The notes under the pieces: model-generated | Database searches by the model: none | The model's input: only the letters and a program-made list of their open reading frames with translations | Told to the model about the DNA's origin: nothing | Part shown: positions 1 through 13,114 of the stretch, in pieces | Layout of the letters: every line of letters begins with the position of its first letter | Numbering within the stretch: the stretch's first letter is position 1 | Translations under genes and position numbers: made by a program | NCBI GenBank assembly: GCA_002104905.1 | Contig: MCFE01000239.1 | Span: 55,624 to 119,623 of the forward strand | Source: Basidiobolus meristosporus CBS 931.73 | Taxonomy: Eukaryota; Fungi; Basidiobolomycota | Direction: 5' to 3' | DNA: 64,000 bases

Positions 1-1409
1 ATGGCACCATGATTGGACATCAGGACACCATGAAATAACAGCTGCAACGCTGACGCGGACTAGCTCATCAAGGAACGCTGGCATAGTTTGGTTGGCTTTA
101 TGATAAACACAGCTGGCCGTCAGGATGGTCCCCAAGTGCCAGAGGTATCCAGCAGCATCTTTTAGGCACTATGTCGATAAGAATCGCCGTAGAGCTATGC
201 GGGTACATTTCCTAATTTGATGCCCTGAAGCCTACCAGATAACTCCAAATGCGCCCTCCTAATTGAAAACGGGATGGTTCATCCAAAAATCGCCGCTGAT
301 GTACAAAATGGTCAGATAAGGCAGAGGACTTATATATTTGCCTTAGCCGGGAGGTTTCTGTGAACCTATCCCCGGATGCTGGCACCAATATCAGGCCTCC
401 GCTAAACGTATTGGTTTCGTTACGGGATCAACCATATGCTAGGGAGGTGGTCGAAAACAAATACACTTCCCGCCACAGCCCGTAGAGCTGCTGCGTGCAT
501 GGGCTATTCTGAATAGGATTATTTACCACATAGTCTAGCTGCCCGGCCTCTACCCCTGGCTGTCAACATGTACACAGTCAAGTGAATTGCGGGCTGACAA
601 TGTAAAGCCGGATCTACTGCATGGCCAAGGCTTCTTGTACCCTGACTAATGCGGTTCAGTCCCATTTATTCTCCCAGTAACTCGTCCTTGAATCACACTT
701 CCAGCTGCTAGTGCCGACCATTTGCTAGGCTAGGTCGCTTCTTGCACACGAACTGATGGGCCCAGCGCCGTGTAAGTATACTTGCTACAGGAAACGGAGC
801 AGTGGTGCACATGCTCGAGAGGGAACACGTCAACCGACGATGATTACTCTCCAGTGATTCGATCCCGGGAATAAGCGATCTATCGAAAGATTGGAGTAGA
901 TTGTGCAGGGAATGTCACTAGATAAGAGCAATCAGATGCTTGATTTTATCCGACTGCTCAGCTGCCCCTCATGACCGCGAAACCGCCCAACTCTCATCGA
1001 TCTACCACAGCATGGGCCTTCGCTCACCCAGTATCCACTTCACTTGGAGTAGGCATCATTCGGCCACCAATCCGCTACTCGTGGTTCGTACCAATGAGAA
1101 CCAACAAGGCTCCTAGCAGATGCAAACAGCGCTATCTAGTAGTTGGCAACCATATATGCTTAGTATGTTTGGATAGCTTGGGATGTGGCCAATAGAGAAC
1201 ATGCTAATTTGGTGCTACCGTGATCTTCAACCTCTAAGATTGTCAGCTTGAGTGATTGTGATTGATATTGAGTCATTTGTGTTTCCTAAATAGAGCGATT
1301 TGAGAAATCTTTTTCCAAAAGAAACAGTATTGGTAGCGTTAGCTCCATCCGTATATATATGTAGATCCATCACCAGGGAAGCATCATAGTTCAGCATACC
1401 CTCATCAAA

Positions 1410-2681
1410 ATGTCCGATTTCTCTTTAGAGCGTATAGTACGTCCAAATATTCTTGCTTTGGCCCCATACCGTTGTGCCCGTGACGACTATTCCGAGGGTA
1501 TTCTCTTGGACGCAAACGAAAACTCCTACGGCCCCTCTCTGTCCGACACATCCATCTCAGACCTCCCCAACCTTGAAAGATACCCCGATCCTCTTCACAA
1601 CGAGATCAAAGAACGACTTTGTCTGCTACGCGACCTCCCCTCTCCCAAAAACCTCTTTTTAGGTGTAGGCTCCGATGAGGCCATCGACTTACTGGTCCGT
1701 ATTTTCTGCGTTCCCGGAAAGGACAAAATCCTGGTGACCCCACCCACTTACGGCATGTATTCTGTGTGTGCCCAAGTAAACGACGTCGGAGTCGTCAAAG
1801 TACCTCTCAATCTCGATGATGGGAAGTTCCAACTTCAAACCGATAAGGTACCCAACCCCTGCCTTCATCCCTTGATATTTCTGGTATTCACTGACCTTTC
1901 TCCTTAAGGTTCTCGAGTCACTCGAGCAAAACCCCGACGTCAAAATTGTCTTTTTGTGCTCACCCGGAAATCCCACAGGCTCGCTTCTCGCCAAAGAAGA
2001 TGTCCAAAAGATCCTCACCTTCCCTGGGTACCAGGGCATCGTGATTGTTGATGAGGCCTATATCGACTTCGTAGAAACAGATAAAGGATCCTCCACAGCC
2101 CCTTGGGTAACTAAATATCCAAATCTCGTAGTCTTGCAGACTCTGAGCAAAAGTTTCGGCTTGGCTGGCATTAGGTAAGTTGCGCTCGCCTTGGCACTTC
2201 CCACGACGTTGAAGATTAACCCTCATCACGCAGAGTCGGTATTGCCGCTTCCACACCCGAAATCATCGCATTGATGAACAACACCAAGGCTCCTTATAAC
2301 ATCTGCTCGCTCAGTGCCCAAGTTGCCCTTAGCGCCCTTCAAGATTCATCAATTGATTTGATGAAGTCGCGTGTACAGAAAGTCCGTGAAGAGCGCAAGA
2401 AACTCATCGAGAAAGTCGTGAAAATCCCAGGAATCGGCCTTGTTAAGGGCACCAATGATGCCAACTTCGTATTGGTAGAGGTCCTGGATAAAGAAAACAA
2501 GGTACCTTGCAATGAGCGTGCCACTAAGATCTACACGTACTTGGCTGAAGAGCGAGGTATTGTTATCCGACTTCGTTGCAAGGAGCCAGGTTGTCTTGGT
2601 TGCCTAAGAATTACCATTGGCACGCCAGAAGAAAATGTCAAGCTTCTCCAAGAATTGGAGGAGGCACTGAAACTGTTCTAA
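1410..2681 (+). CDS. HIS5: Histidinol-phosphate aminotransferase (3 exons; introns 1848-1908 and 2175-2233)
   Basis: Motifs LDANEN, RYPDP, GVGSDEAID, CSPGNPTG, VDEAYIDF and PLP-lysine motif TLSKSFGLAGIR(V)G. GT-AG introns join the three ORF-track fragments in frame. Confidence 0.96.
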
Positions 2682-2917
2682 ACCATCTGTCACTCGCCGC
2701 ATCCCCCCCCCACCTGCCACTTACCATCAGAATAAATTAGAGATGATATGAAGTTTTTTATATCTGACCATGTATTGTTCTTAGATTATCGTTCAAACAA
2801 TTCAACAAACAATGTTCTATTGCCAAGCCATTGATGGTACTTGAAATGATCTCCTACATGGATCGAAAGCTAACGATTTGTAGGTCTGTTTTAGCTGGCT
2901 ATTTTATGACGGGGTAC

Positions 2918-4478
2918 TGTTGTAAAATTCCTAATTATACCTAAATATTCCATTTTAACTTGGTCACTCAGATCAAAGTCTATGAATCTTAGTATCTTGC
3001 CCAATTCCTTACTTGTCCAAAGGTCCCCAAACTTTGCACACAAGCTCTTGTGGCCTTCCTATATATGTTGTACATGTTTGCTTTGCTAATGTTGTAAATA
3101 TTCAGTTTACATCTAAACCACTCATATAGCTTAAGATTCTATTTAGTTAACTGCTAAGTTATGAATCATTTACGTAAGATTTAGTTTGCAAGATATCGAC
3201 CAATTCTTCGATTTAGTGAAGGCCTGATGAAGGCTTTCAATATTTTCAAACTCGACCAATAGCCCTCGAACTCTGTGCACAGCTTCCTAGTACCTTCTTT
3301 AAACATTCTTATCATTGGTCTCGTAGAGTTTCTTTCACAGTTTAAGTACTTGATTTGACCCAATAAAACAACAGAGGAATTTCATGCAAATCTTTTGTTT
3401 GCCTAATCACTTCAAATACTCCTTCATATCTTGCAACAGCTAACACCATATAAATATGAGTACCACCTTTACCTTTAATAGATCACTGAGTGAGAACCAC
3501 ACAATATTCTTGCTCTTCCAATTATGCCTAATATCTTCAAGAAGCTCTCACAGCATAATCTGCTATCTGACTATTTGGACCAAGTGTATAATGTATGGTA
3601 GTATTCTGAGCAGGATGTATATCAGATTGATGACAAAAATTGCCAAGTAAATCCGGTTGTAAAAGCGTATTACACTATCACATGGTCTTGGCAAAAAAAT
3701 ACGTGGAATATTTTTAGGGAGGTCCCAAGAGCATGTGTGCAAAGTTTGGAGTTGTTTGTAGAACTTATCAATGTTTCATGTTCTGGATACCCGATGTTTT
3801 GGTGAAAATATTCCAAGTAAATCCCAACAAGGAACTCGGCCAGAATTTTGTAAGAGTTGTAGACTATGAGCCAAGTGACCAAGCTAGGTTAATACATAGG
3901 TGTAATTGCTGTCCTGGGTTCCTGATATTTGGTAGGATATTTGAAGTAAACCTCAGCAAGCAACTTGAACATAATACTTTAAGATCTGTGGGCCATGATC
4001 TAAGGGACTAAGTAAATGGAGTACTTAAGTAAAATCAATAAATTCATAACAGTTGGATCCATCCAGCATTTCAGCAGAGGGAAAAGTTCCAGTAATAGAG
4101 ATTCCAGATTATTACACCTTGGTATGCATAGTCTGTTGTGAGAGTCATGGAGATAATGTAAGTAATCGGAAGACTAAGCAGAATATGTGGCATTCATTTA
4201 ACCATTTGCTTATTATAAAGTAGTATTTACACTTTTACAAGGTCTTGGCACCACAAACATATACAAAATGTTAAAGAATGTCCCAAGAACATGTGTGAGA
4301 ATTTTGGGCGCTTTTAGACAACTTATCAGCTTCTCATGTTCTGGGTACTTGACATTGTGTGGAAAAGATTCCTAGTATATCCCGACAGAATTTGGACAGG
4401 AAATAGTGAAGCTCATAAGCTATGATCCAAGTGGCGAAGCTGATGGATTATTTAGGTGTAAATACGAAATTTACAACA
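2918..4478. mobile_element. Cluster of degenerate, nested Copia-family LTR relics in both orientations
   Basis: TGTTGTAA start at 2918 and TTACAACA end at 4478. Shares blocks (cttgggacct, gccaagaccatg, cctaaatatt) with the LTRs at 18574-18905 and 56986-57334. CpG-poor. Internal boundaries approximate. Confidence 0.7.
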
Positions 4479-7260
4479 GTTATAAGGGGTTAGGAATATT
4501 GGGAATTGAAAAGGATCTGCAGGATCCCATAGTTTATTGAGTAGAAGCGAGGTATTTGTGCATCTTATAGAGCCTGGCGGAATAAACCATTGGAAGGTGT
4601 TTTAGAAGAGCATAGAAAAATAGGGGAAAGTTCGGGGCATTTGGGCCCCTTAGAAGAAGCTCATAAATAGACTAGATATGTTCTTAGACAGTAGCATTGG
4701 GTAGAGAGCTGGTTATTTGTAAAGGGTTGTTATCGTTGCATTAAGCTTCCGGAGGGCAGCAGGAGGGGAGTGGAAACAAGCATTTTGGACAGTTTCATGT
4801 TACGAAGGTCAGCGTGGGAAACCCCGGGGACCTCGAATAGTTTAGCAAATATCTATTCGAAATTCCCATCACTCACCTAATCGGACCTGGGGTTCAGCCG
4901 ACTACTGGAAATTTTGGGAAATCAGGATATGCGGAGCGACACCAGACAACGACCAAGAGCACAAGCCGACCTGTGGAATCGAAGTACAGGTGACCGTCGA
5001 AGGTTTGCAAACCTATGGATGAAATTCTACACCACTCAGGACATTTTAGATAACTTCGAGTCACCATTGTATTCATGTGGAGATCGAGTCTTTCACCATA
5101 GGACTATGTAATATGGGAGGCAATCTAATTTTGAGCCACCGGTTGACCAATAATCCCCATAAACAAAATCAGTACCACGTATGTTTGTCTGGACTAGGTG
5201 AAATTAATTTAGGCTTTGGGCTATCGCCCAAACGTTGAGAGAATCGGTGATTTCAATCATTTGTAGATTCTCCGCATCAACCCCAGCAACCTCAATAGCA
5301 GTGCAACTCACCACCGGCACTAGCTTCCTGACCCAGCAGCCTCACCACCTGCTCTTCCAGCCACCTTGCTACCGCAAGACATAGCACCCAAGCCGACCAT
5401 CAAGTGCCATCAAGATCTTGGTGCTGATTTAATAATCATAGGTATAATTTATTAACTGATAATCGTGACGATGGGTACGTTGTAGGACACGCGGCTGCCA
5501 TATCGATTGGTTGATTTCGACACATGGAGTTTGCGGGCGATTTCGCTGAAGTATAGAGATTGTTGGGGAATGCAGCACAACCAAGATAGTGACTGCGTAC
5601 GAGGCGGAACACATACTGACTATCACTTGCCTATGATTTGAATCGTAGCTGGGGACGGTCTGTTATCAGCTGGCATCCCCATTCCAGTAACGTGACCGGA
5701 CAGATAAGACTGCAACGGATTTACGATATACGATTTGGCTAGATGAGAGTATCGCTGAGGTGGAGTACGTACTTCGCATGAAACGGCTCCTTAGAACCCT
5801 GGCGTTGTGTATCGGGAGTATCATGAGCATACACAAATGTCGGATACGCTCCAGGGATCTGATGACACTTACTCTGTCAACATCCACCACGCCGATTCCA
5901 AATGATGGAGCAATCGCAACAACCACAGCAACATGTTTGTCCATAGGTGACAGCACCGTGCAAACCAGAATACCGTATTAGGCGTATGTGTATCTGTTCA
6001 TATCCCAGCTGGTCAACCAACACCGATACAACCTCCCCAAAATGACGGTCGGTTGTTACAAGGAGAATATTCCTAATTTTCCCATATGGAACTGGTTTCC
6101 GGCCTCATGATGGATATTTCCTAAACTGCGACTCAGATCTGGTGAGCGCACAACATATACCAGTAAAGCCTCGCCTACCATTCTAGGCCCTTCCTTAATT
6201 TTGGCCGATATCAATGCCCACCACATCAACAGACATTGCGAAACCTGCGTCCGGCTGGGTTGTGCGCCCGCTCAACGGAGTATCCAAGCAGTAATGCTAC
6301 AGGATTTCCACCGATAGAATCTTTTCCTCTTTCAGTCGAAAGAGCAATCATGGAAAATTTCTTCAAAACAAAGACCGAAAGCATAAATCCCTTTTTCGGA
6401 GTATCCGAATCAAGCACACTGGCATAATTCCAATCCAGCCTGGGACAAGGAGCAGCCCTTCTATTGAACTGTTTCGACAGCAGTAGTAGTTTAAGAGTGG
6501 ACCATCAGCAATCACAGAGCAGCGCTCATTTCAACGTCGCACGCAAGGCCTCTCTGCGTCGTCGTATAACTGGAATGGCCCAAAACATCATGCCGACCAG
6601 TCCATATATGGAACAACACCCTAAACCACCGAAACGCAGTAAACAGCTTGATGATATTTTCCAAGTCCTTATCGATTGCTATTGCCTGTTTGATCGAACT
6701 GGGTCAGACGGCTTGCCGAAATCAGCTGAATCTTGATACATCGCCTTTGAAACCCTCAGTCTATATTTAGAAGTGTCTATTCTTACTTCCTATCATTGAA
6801 ACAGCCCTACTCTATTAAGCTTACCATTTTGTGCATTGGTTTCAGATCAATCAGCCTATTTGTATCAGGATGTAAATACGCCATGTATTGTGTATAACTC
6901 TTTTCATCGATTTTGTTGGACAATAATACAATAGCAGTAACAATAGTACAGACCTCCAAGCTGGTTGACTGCTTTTGGATATTTGGGAACGGTACCGATG
7001 CCTGGCTCGTTGCTATGCATTGACACTGATTTTTCAATTTGGCCAGACCAGTGTTATCGGAGCGTTGGTGTTTATGGCACCCATAGCTCGGAAACCGTTG
7101 AAAAAGCTGGCTTGTCGGATTACTTTGAATGGTACAGGTGGATACTTTAATGATACACAGATTACTATTGATGATATATGGAGATTATGGGTTGTGGTAC
7201 AGTGAGAGGGAATTGGCTCATGGATAATATTACAAAAGCGAAAGATCATTTGAACGCAGA

Positions 7261-8658
7261 TTAGAAAGGAGTGAAGAATACGGTTTTGGGCCTCATGATG
7301 AGCTCTGCCGAGGTTTGGGCCAATTTCAATGTGTTCATGTTCATTTTCACTAGCTGCAGAATCTTGTGGTTGGCGACCGCATGAACAACGCTCTCCGTGA
7401 CTACCACTCTGCCAAATTCTAAACTGCAGAGTGACTGGCATTCTGTTATCAATTGACAAAGCATCTCCTCTGCAGCGACTTCTGATGGCTCCCGACAATT
7501 TCCTAGAACCAGGGTTTTCAACCGCTTGAGGTTGGAAATGCATTTCATGTCCGAAAGTGTATAGGGAAGTCCACGAATATCTAAGTGCTGCAGTTGAGGG
7601 CAGTACTTCGAAATGGCTGGCAGTACGGCTTCCACAATATGGTTGGAGTTCTGGGAGAGGATGATTCGTTTAAGATTAAGACCTAGTTTCTTGACCATGT
7701 TAATGATGCCAGTGGCAGTCACGGAGGTGGCGGAAAGGTCAATTTCTTCCAGTAAGTGGCATTTGCTAGCAATCTCAGCAATGCACTGATCATCAACACA
7801 TTTACAACAGGAAAGCTCGAGTACACGGAGGTTGGGTAATTCAGAGATTCGCAAGATAGCGTCCTTGTTGGCCTGAGTGAAGAACAGTCCACAAGACTGG
7901 AATCCAAAGCGAAGCTCAGTACAACTGTACTGATGATGCTTGATTAACGCATCAATTGTATCGCTGATGGAGCGAATTCCGCGATCACACACCAAAAACA
8001 ATTCCTTCAAATTTTGTGGCTTTTGCGCAGAAATGATCTTTGCGATGGCTGCATCCTCAATATAGTGCGCACGGATTCTTAGTTCCTGGATACTCTTACA
8101 AGCACGAGCGATTACCATGGTATGGGATAGCTCCAAATCTTCGATGTGAAGGCATAGGCTTTGCAAGGACGGGTAGGTTATGTTGGTTGGAAAAACCTCG
8201 GTCAAGCTGAGTAATTCTACAAAAACAAGCTTCTCGAGTACTGAGGAGCACTGGTCTCTAACCAGTCTCCATAGCTTATGTGCTACCTTGTCTCCCGTAG
8301 TCAAACTAAAATCACCATGCCAGGGTGCCATATAACGAAAATCGAAGGCTCTTAACACAGGTAAGAAGTTCGAGTATGCCTTAATCTCCTGGCTTTGAAT
8401 AAAGTCGAGCTCTTCCTTGGGTAGTGTCAAGGTGCTAGAGCCAAGCAGTGTACGGATTAGTTTTTTAACTCTTTGCTCGTCACCGTCCGAGTATTTTCCA
8501 TATCTCGGAAGCGCTAGAGCAGCCCAAGGGTTGCGGTAAAGTCTATGGACTGTAGCTTGTCGCCAAGCACGCGAAACTTGAGCGCAACAATGGAGGGTTG
8601 CGAGGTCGTTTCCTAGGAAACTAAAGGAGAGCTCCAGGCATTCAATGGGTAATTGCAT
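7261..8658 (-). CDS. F-box / leucine-rich-repeat (RNI-like) protein, 465 aa, intronless
   Basis: N-terminal LPIECLELSFSFL..LHCCAQVSRAW F-box pattern. C-terminal LRRs (LRVLELSCC, LEEIDLSATSVT, LQHLDIRG). Confidence 0.85.
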   Translation of the reverse strand: MQLPIECLELSFSFLGNDLATLHCCAQVSRAWRQATVHRLYRNPWAALALPRYGKYSDGDEQRVKKLIRTLLGSSTLTLPKEELDFIQSQEIKAYSNFLPVLRAFDFRYMAPWHGDFSLTTGDKVAHKLWRLVRDQCSSVLEKLVFVELLSLTEVFPTNITYPSLQSLCLHIEDLELSHTMVIARACKSIQELRIRAHYIEDAAIAKIISAQKPQNLKELFLVCDRGIRSISDTIDALIKHHQYSCTELRFGFQSCGLFFTQANKDAILRISELPNLRVLELSCCKCVDDQCIAEIASKCHLLEEIDLSATSVTATGIINMVKKLGLNLKRIILSQNSNHIVEAVLPAISKYCPQLQHLDIRGLPYTLSDMKCISNLKRLKTLVLGNCREPSEVAAEEMLCQLITECQSLCSLEFGRVVVTESVVHAVANHKILQLVKMNMNTLKLAQTSAELIMRPKTVFFTPF

Positions 8659-10206
8659 TGTTGCAATCGATCGTAATGGTGCAAATTGGTAGCAAAGTCA
8701 GGAAGGGCTCAAATTGAAACCACCAAAGATTTCAATTAATAATTCAGAGAAGCACCGTCTAGTGCAGCGGTAAGCCTTTATAAGTGCGTCGAACCACAAC
8801 AAAGATAGATCAATTTCTAAGACCGAAATCATCGGCAATCTGGGTAGCTCAGAACATAATAGGAAAATAATCAGGCATTATAGGAATATATTAAGGGCTG
8901 GTTTCATTTGTTCATAAATAAATAGATTAAAGAACATCCAATGTTAGTCGCCCGATCCTGGGCCCAAAATAGATTTGTGTTGATGGCCTCAAAAAATTCA
9001 GCTAACCCAACGCCGATTACGACAATGATAAAGCTAACTTACTGCATTAGGCAACAGGTCTCTATTATCACAGATCTTTCTTTTTCATAGGATTTGAATC
9101 GCCCCATGTTTGATATGTGATGATATGGATGATATATGGGTGCTCACCTGATTCGCCAAGCAGTCATCCATCATTAAGTGTGTACACTAACAGTACAATG
9201 TCTATCATTGCATCCATTTGATTGCGTGCCACATAAACCTTAAATAATCGGTTCCATGAATGTTGTTCGACATGGTCATGGTGACCAAGATGGATTTCCG
9301 AAACAATGACGAATGTCGTCGTGTAGTAATTGTCAGCCTATTACTCCCCATTGACATAGAGGAGCAGGCGCGAGTTCTGGCAATGTGCTGCATAGGTTGC
9401 CCGTTCTGCCAAATACGAAGAATGAGGATGTATCCCGGATCGATTTGGGCGATTGTATCCATGGGCATTGATATGGTAATGGTTGTTTACCTGCCACGTC
9501 GTTTCCAAATACCAACTTCTCTGACCTGTTATCGGATTTTCTTTCGGAAGGGTTCAGATTAAGGATATGCCGTATCCACACCAAGGAACACTCGATAACA
9601 TGGATAGATGAGGCACTTCAGTAGTCTCTGGTGAATTCTTGGGCCTGGCATGGCGAGGACCCGCACTCAGCCGTCATCTCGACGGCACCCCTTTACAGAT
9701 AGCAATCGTAAAAATGATTCGGTGCCCTTGAAATACTTGGGGCATAATGTGAGTGATGGAGATATACCTTTATTTTCCTAATATGTGGTGGCACTTCTAG
9801 AAATCCCTATTCAACCAGTGATTCCTAGGTATTTGACTCTGTACACAGTCTTTAGTACATATGGGGGTATCCAGTGCTGACACTATGGTTGGTTGCTATG
9901 TGGGTGCTGGTGTAGGCACGGTCACGTAGTACCCCAACTGAATTAAATGTCCTTTAGGGACGTTGCTGCGAGAGCTGATATGAATCACTTCAGCTTTCAA
10001 AACCGATCATAATAATCTTGGTCAATCCGAACATCATTATTATATATATTGAGGGTAATTCCATGTAGCAAATAAAACGAAACTACAGGCTAATATCCAC
10101 ATCGCCAATGCTGAATTAATGGAGCTTCAGGAATTGATATTCTGTAGAAAACAGAGTAGATTGCATCTTACTCGACGAACATAATGGAATTATCAGAGTA
10201 GGGGCT

Positions 10207-11655
10207 TTAGTCGTCTGTGGCGCCGTCATCGACACCATTCAAGTTTGACCGGCTTCTTTGGCGAAGGGACGAGAATAGCAATCGTAGTAAATTGCCATCT
10301 TGAGAGGACGTATTTCGGCTTCCCAGTCTGTTTCTTGTGAGATATTGTCCACTTTCGGAATTAGGTGATCGATAATTGCGCCTGGATTGCTGCATAGTTC
10401 TCAAAGTATCATACGGAGAGAAATCGCTGTATTTTCCTGGTGAATTTCGTGGAGATATTTGACTATATAATCTCAGTAAGTCATCGATGGAGAGCTTTCT
10501 TCTACGTTTCGGATTACGCACTCTGAGCAGAGCATTCCTCAATAACGTTCTAAGAGCGTTGACGAATTTCCTGAACTCATCATCGGCACTTGCGCTATTT
10601 TCTTGATATGGCTGTGTCTCACCTTTAAGGCGCTTGGCTTCGTCATTTGTGCTACTCTCTTGATTTGATTGTGCTTTGGCTCTAGGACGCCGGGCCTCAC
10701 CATTAGCGACATCTTGATTTGGTTGTGCATTGATCCCTTCGCCATTAGAGGTAGATTTGATAAATGACTTGAAAAAGTTGCTTGGAAAATTCAATGTGAT
10801 TAATGACGTGCTTATGGTTGGTTGTCCTGAATATCTTCGTGGATATAAATCCCGTTCATCAGCCAGCTTCGATGCCCTTGGCCGCTCAGTTACAAAAGAG
10901 CCAAGGCGCTGCTTAGGCATATCGTCGTTCTCCAAGCGGGCTTGATAGTTTCCATTTTGCTGTAGTAATGTCAGTAGATCCCTTGAAATGCTCACCGAAT
11001 ATTTATCATTTATCATAATATTGTATTTAGGATCCTCTGCGCTGCTTATGTTGATGGAGGATGGGGGCTCCCGGCTTATGATCTTCGGAGATTGCATCTT
11101 GATTGGTTCAGGCTTCACCTTTCTTGCTACCTTGCGATTTTCTTCAGTGGGATTAGCGCGATTGATGCGTTTTTCAGCTTTCCAGTAACTATGTTGTAGT
11201 GACTTGGTCGTAACTGAGTCGCCTTCCATGAGTATTGTGATGTTTGTTGGTTCGGCGGATTTGGTTGAGGTGGATTGGGAATACACACTAGTTGCCTCGG
11301 ATTTCTGCGGTACGTCTCGTAGATCTTGCGTATTTCCGGCAAGCATGGCGCCCGCCCCTGTTCTTTTCTCTGCAGCTAGTGCTGCTTCCACTTTGAATCC
11401 TGTGTTACTATTCTCATAACTCTCTGAATTCTCAGCATCGAACGTCTCGAGGGCGTATGAGCCTGGCTCTTGATAAACTATCACCAATTCCTCGGAACCA
11501 TCCGTTGCGGTCACGGTTTGAGTGATTGTTGAGGGTGGTTCATTGGTGGAGGTCAGGGTTCCACCTTGCGGATTCGCAGTCCGAGTAGGCGGGGATGTTA
11601 TAGCATAAGTACACGCAGCCAGCAAAGGAATACTGATCAGATGCTGGATCAACAT
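10207..11655 (-). CDS. Putative secreted Ser/Thr-rich low-complexity protein, 482 aa
   Basis: Long single ORF with a signal-peptide-like N-terminus (MLIQHLISIPLLAACTYA). No recognised domain. Confidence 0.65.
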   Translation of the reverse strand: MLIQHLISIPLLAACTYAITSPPTRTANPQGGTLTSTNEPPSTITQTVTATDGSEELVIVYQEPGSYALETFDAENSESYENSNTGFKVEAALAAEKRTGAGAMLAGNTQDLRDVPQKSEATSVYSQSTSTKSAEPTNITILMEGDSVTTKSLQHSYWKAEKRINRANPTEENRKVARKVKPEPIKMQSPKIISREPPSSINISSAEDPKYNIMINDKYSVSISRDLLTLLQQNGNYQARLENDDMPKQRLGSFVTERPRASKLADERDLYPRRYSGQPTISTSLITLNFPSNFFKSFIKSTSNGEGINAQPNQDVANGEARRPRAKAQSNQESSTNDEAKRLKGETQPYQENSASADDEFRKFVNALRTLLRNALLRVRNPKRRRKLSIDDLLRLYSQISPRNSPGKYSDFSPYDTLRTMQQSRRNYRSPNSESGQYLTRNRLGSRNTSSQDGNLLRLLFSSLRQRSRSNLNGVDDGATDD

Positions 11656-12073
11656 TATATGTGTTTATAGTGTCACAGCTCAGATGAACTAACGAAAGTC
11701 AGCACAAGCGTTGCAAGGAGCTCGAGGCTCTACATGCTGTTTACATTTATAACACTTTGATTCTGATACGATATGCTGTGACAATGTTTCTCAAACGAAA
11801 TCCTGATTCATATGGGGTGGCCACAGTGTTTCGAGCATGTTTGGATTTGGTGTCCTACCCAAAGGCTCAGAATCGCTAACTATTCATGTTTAGAAGTGCA
11901 TTTGGGGAATGCTAATCTTGACGTATAGCCAATCAGGGATTTCCTCACCCTGTAACATTTTGGAGGGATGCTCCAGTGCCAATTGGCTGAATTTGTGGGC
12001 GATTTATTTTGCAATACAGAGCATAAGATGTGCCTGATCGTACATCGCTAGTAAGAAAGAATCAACTGCACAC

Positions 12074-13114
12074 TCATTTAACCTCATTGGCTGTTGTGGT
12101 GGCGAATCTACTCTGCAGGGTAATGAGTCCATCTCTAACGAAAGTATATCCACTTCTTACAAATGCCGGGATCTTTGGATTGGCCGTTGGTGAAAGAATC
12201 CATTTATCCATTCGGATGCGAATTTGACCGAATACATGACGAATGTGTGGTGAGGTGGCGTACCGAAGTCTCAGGAAATTGCCATAGAAAAAAACGGCCA
12301 GGGGAGAGATTCTCAAGCTAAATTCAAAAGCATTAATGTAATGAAAATCACAGCATGCTAGTAGAAGAAATGATTACGTGAATGTTTCTTTTAGTAGGAT
12401 GAGCATAACGCCTAGAACTTCGATATAGGAAATGAATCCTATACATTTCTCGTAGTAAGCATCCTCAAATTGCTTGACAGCGCCAATACTCTGCTCCGAG
12501 ACTCCGCGCTTATCCGCAGTAGGGAACAGAATTGGGAGCATCGTTGTGCGGATGTAATCGATTACATGGAATGAGGAATACGCCCCAAAGGGGATCAATG
12601 TTACTGGATTTCCAAAGTTGAGCCCAAATTACTAATGATAAGGATATGGAGGACATACTTAAGACCGGTGAAGAAAGTAGCCAAATAATGGTCATTACAA
12701 AGTACTGAGCATTCTCATCGTTGATGATCTTCTGGAAGAAGGTACTATCGAGAAGAGGTATCTAGAATACGGAATTTAATCGCAGAGTTTAGAATGGAGT
12801 ACAGATGCGAACTTACGCCGTAGGTTTTCCATAATGCCAATCCGTAGCTGAGTAAGGTTCCCATATAGGCCAAATAATACCATGGCTTGGAGTCGCTATA
12901 ACTAAAGGGTCTTTTCAAAATGTAGATTAAGGTGGACACTGTGGCAACAGCATGGCCCAACCACCACACAAAACGAACATTCTAATAAAAAACTTGAATT
13001 AGCAAAATTCTCAAGATGTTTCACAAGACATATCACCGTAGTCAACAACTTAACCCGGCCAAGAAAGGGTATGGTAGAGATTTGCGTAGGCTTTGACGAA
13101 ATTTTAGTAGACAT
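12074..13114 (-). CDS. POM33: TMEM33/Pom33 family ER/nuclear-pore membrane protein (multi-exon)
   Basis: Spliced reading MSTK..LTT|NVRFVWWLGH..YYLAYMGTLLSYG..; PWGVFLIPCN region in another frame gives an FHV.DYIRT-type motif; C-terminal FYGNFLRLRY. Exon limits partly inferred. Confidence 0.8.

Noticed and set aside
1-1200. Possible pseudogene or transposon remnant upstream of HIS5
   Set aside because: No frame gave a recognisable protein and CpG is not depleted as in the TE relics.
6965-7205. HAD/MDP-1-like phosphatase fragment (CIDTDFSIWP; AGLSDYFE)
   Set aside because: The motifs are far too close together and no splice model could be built.
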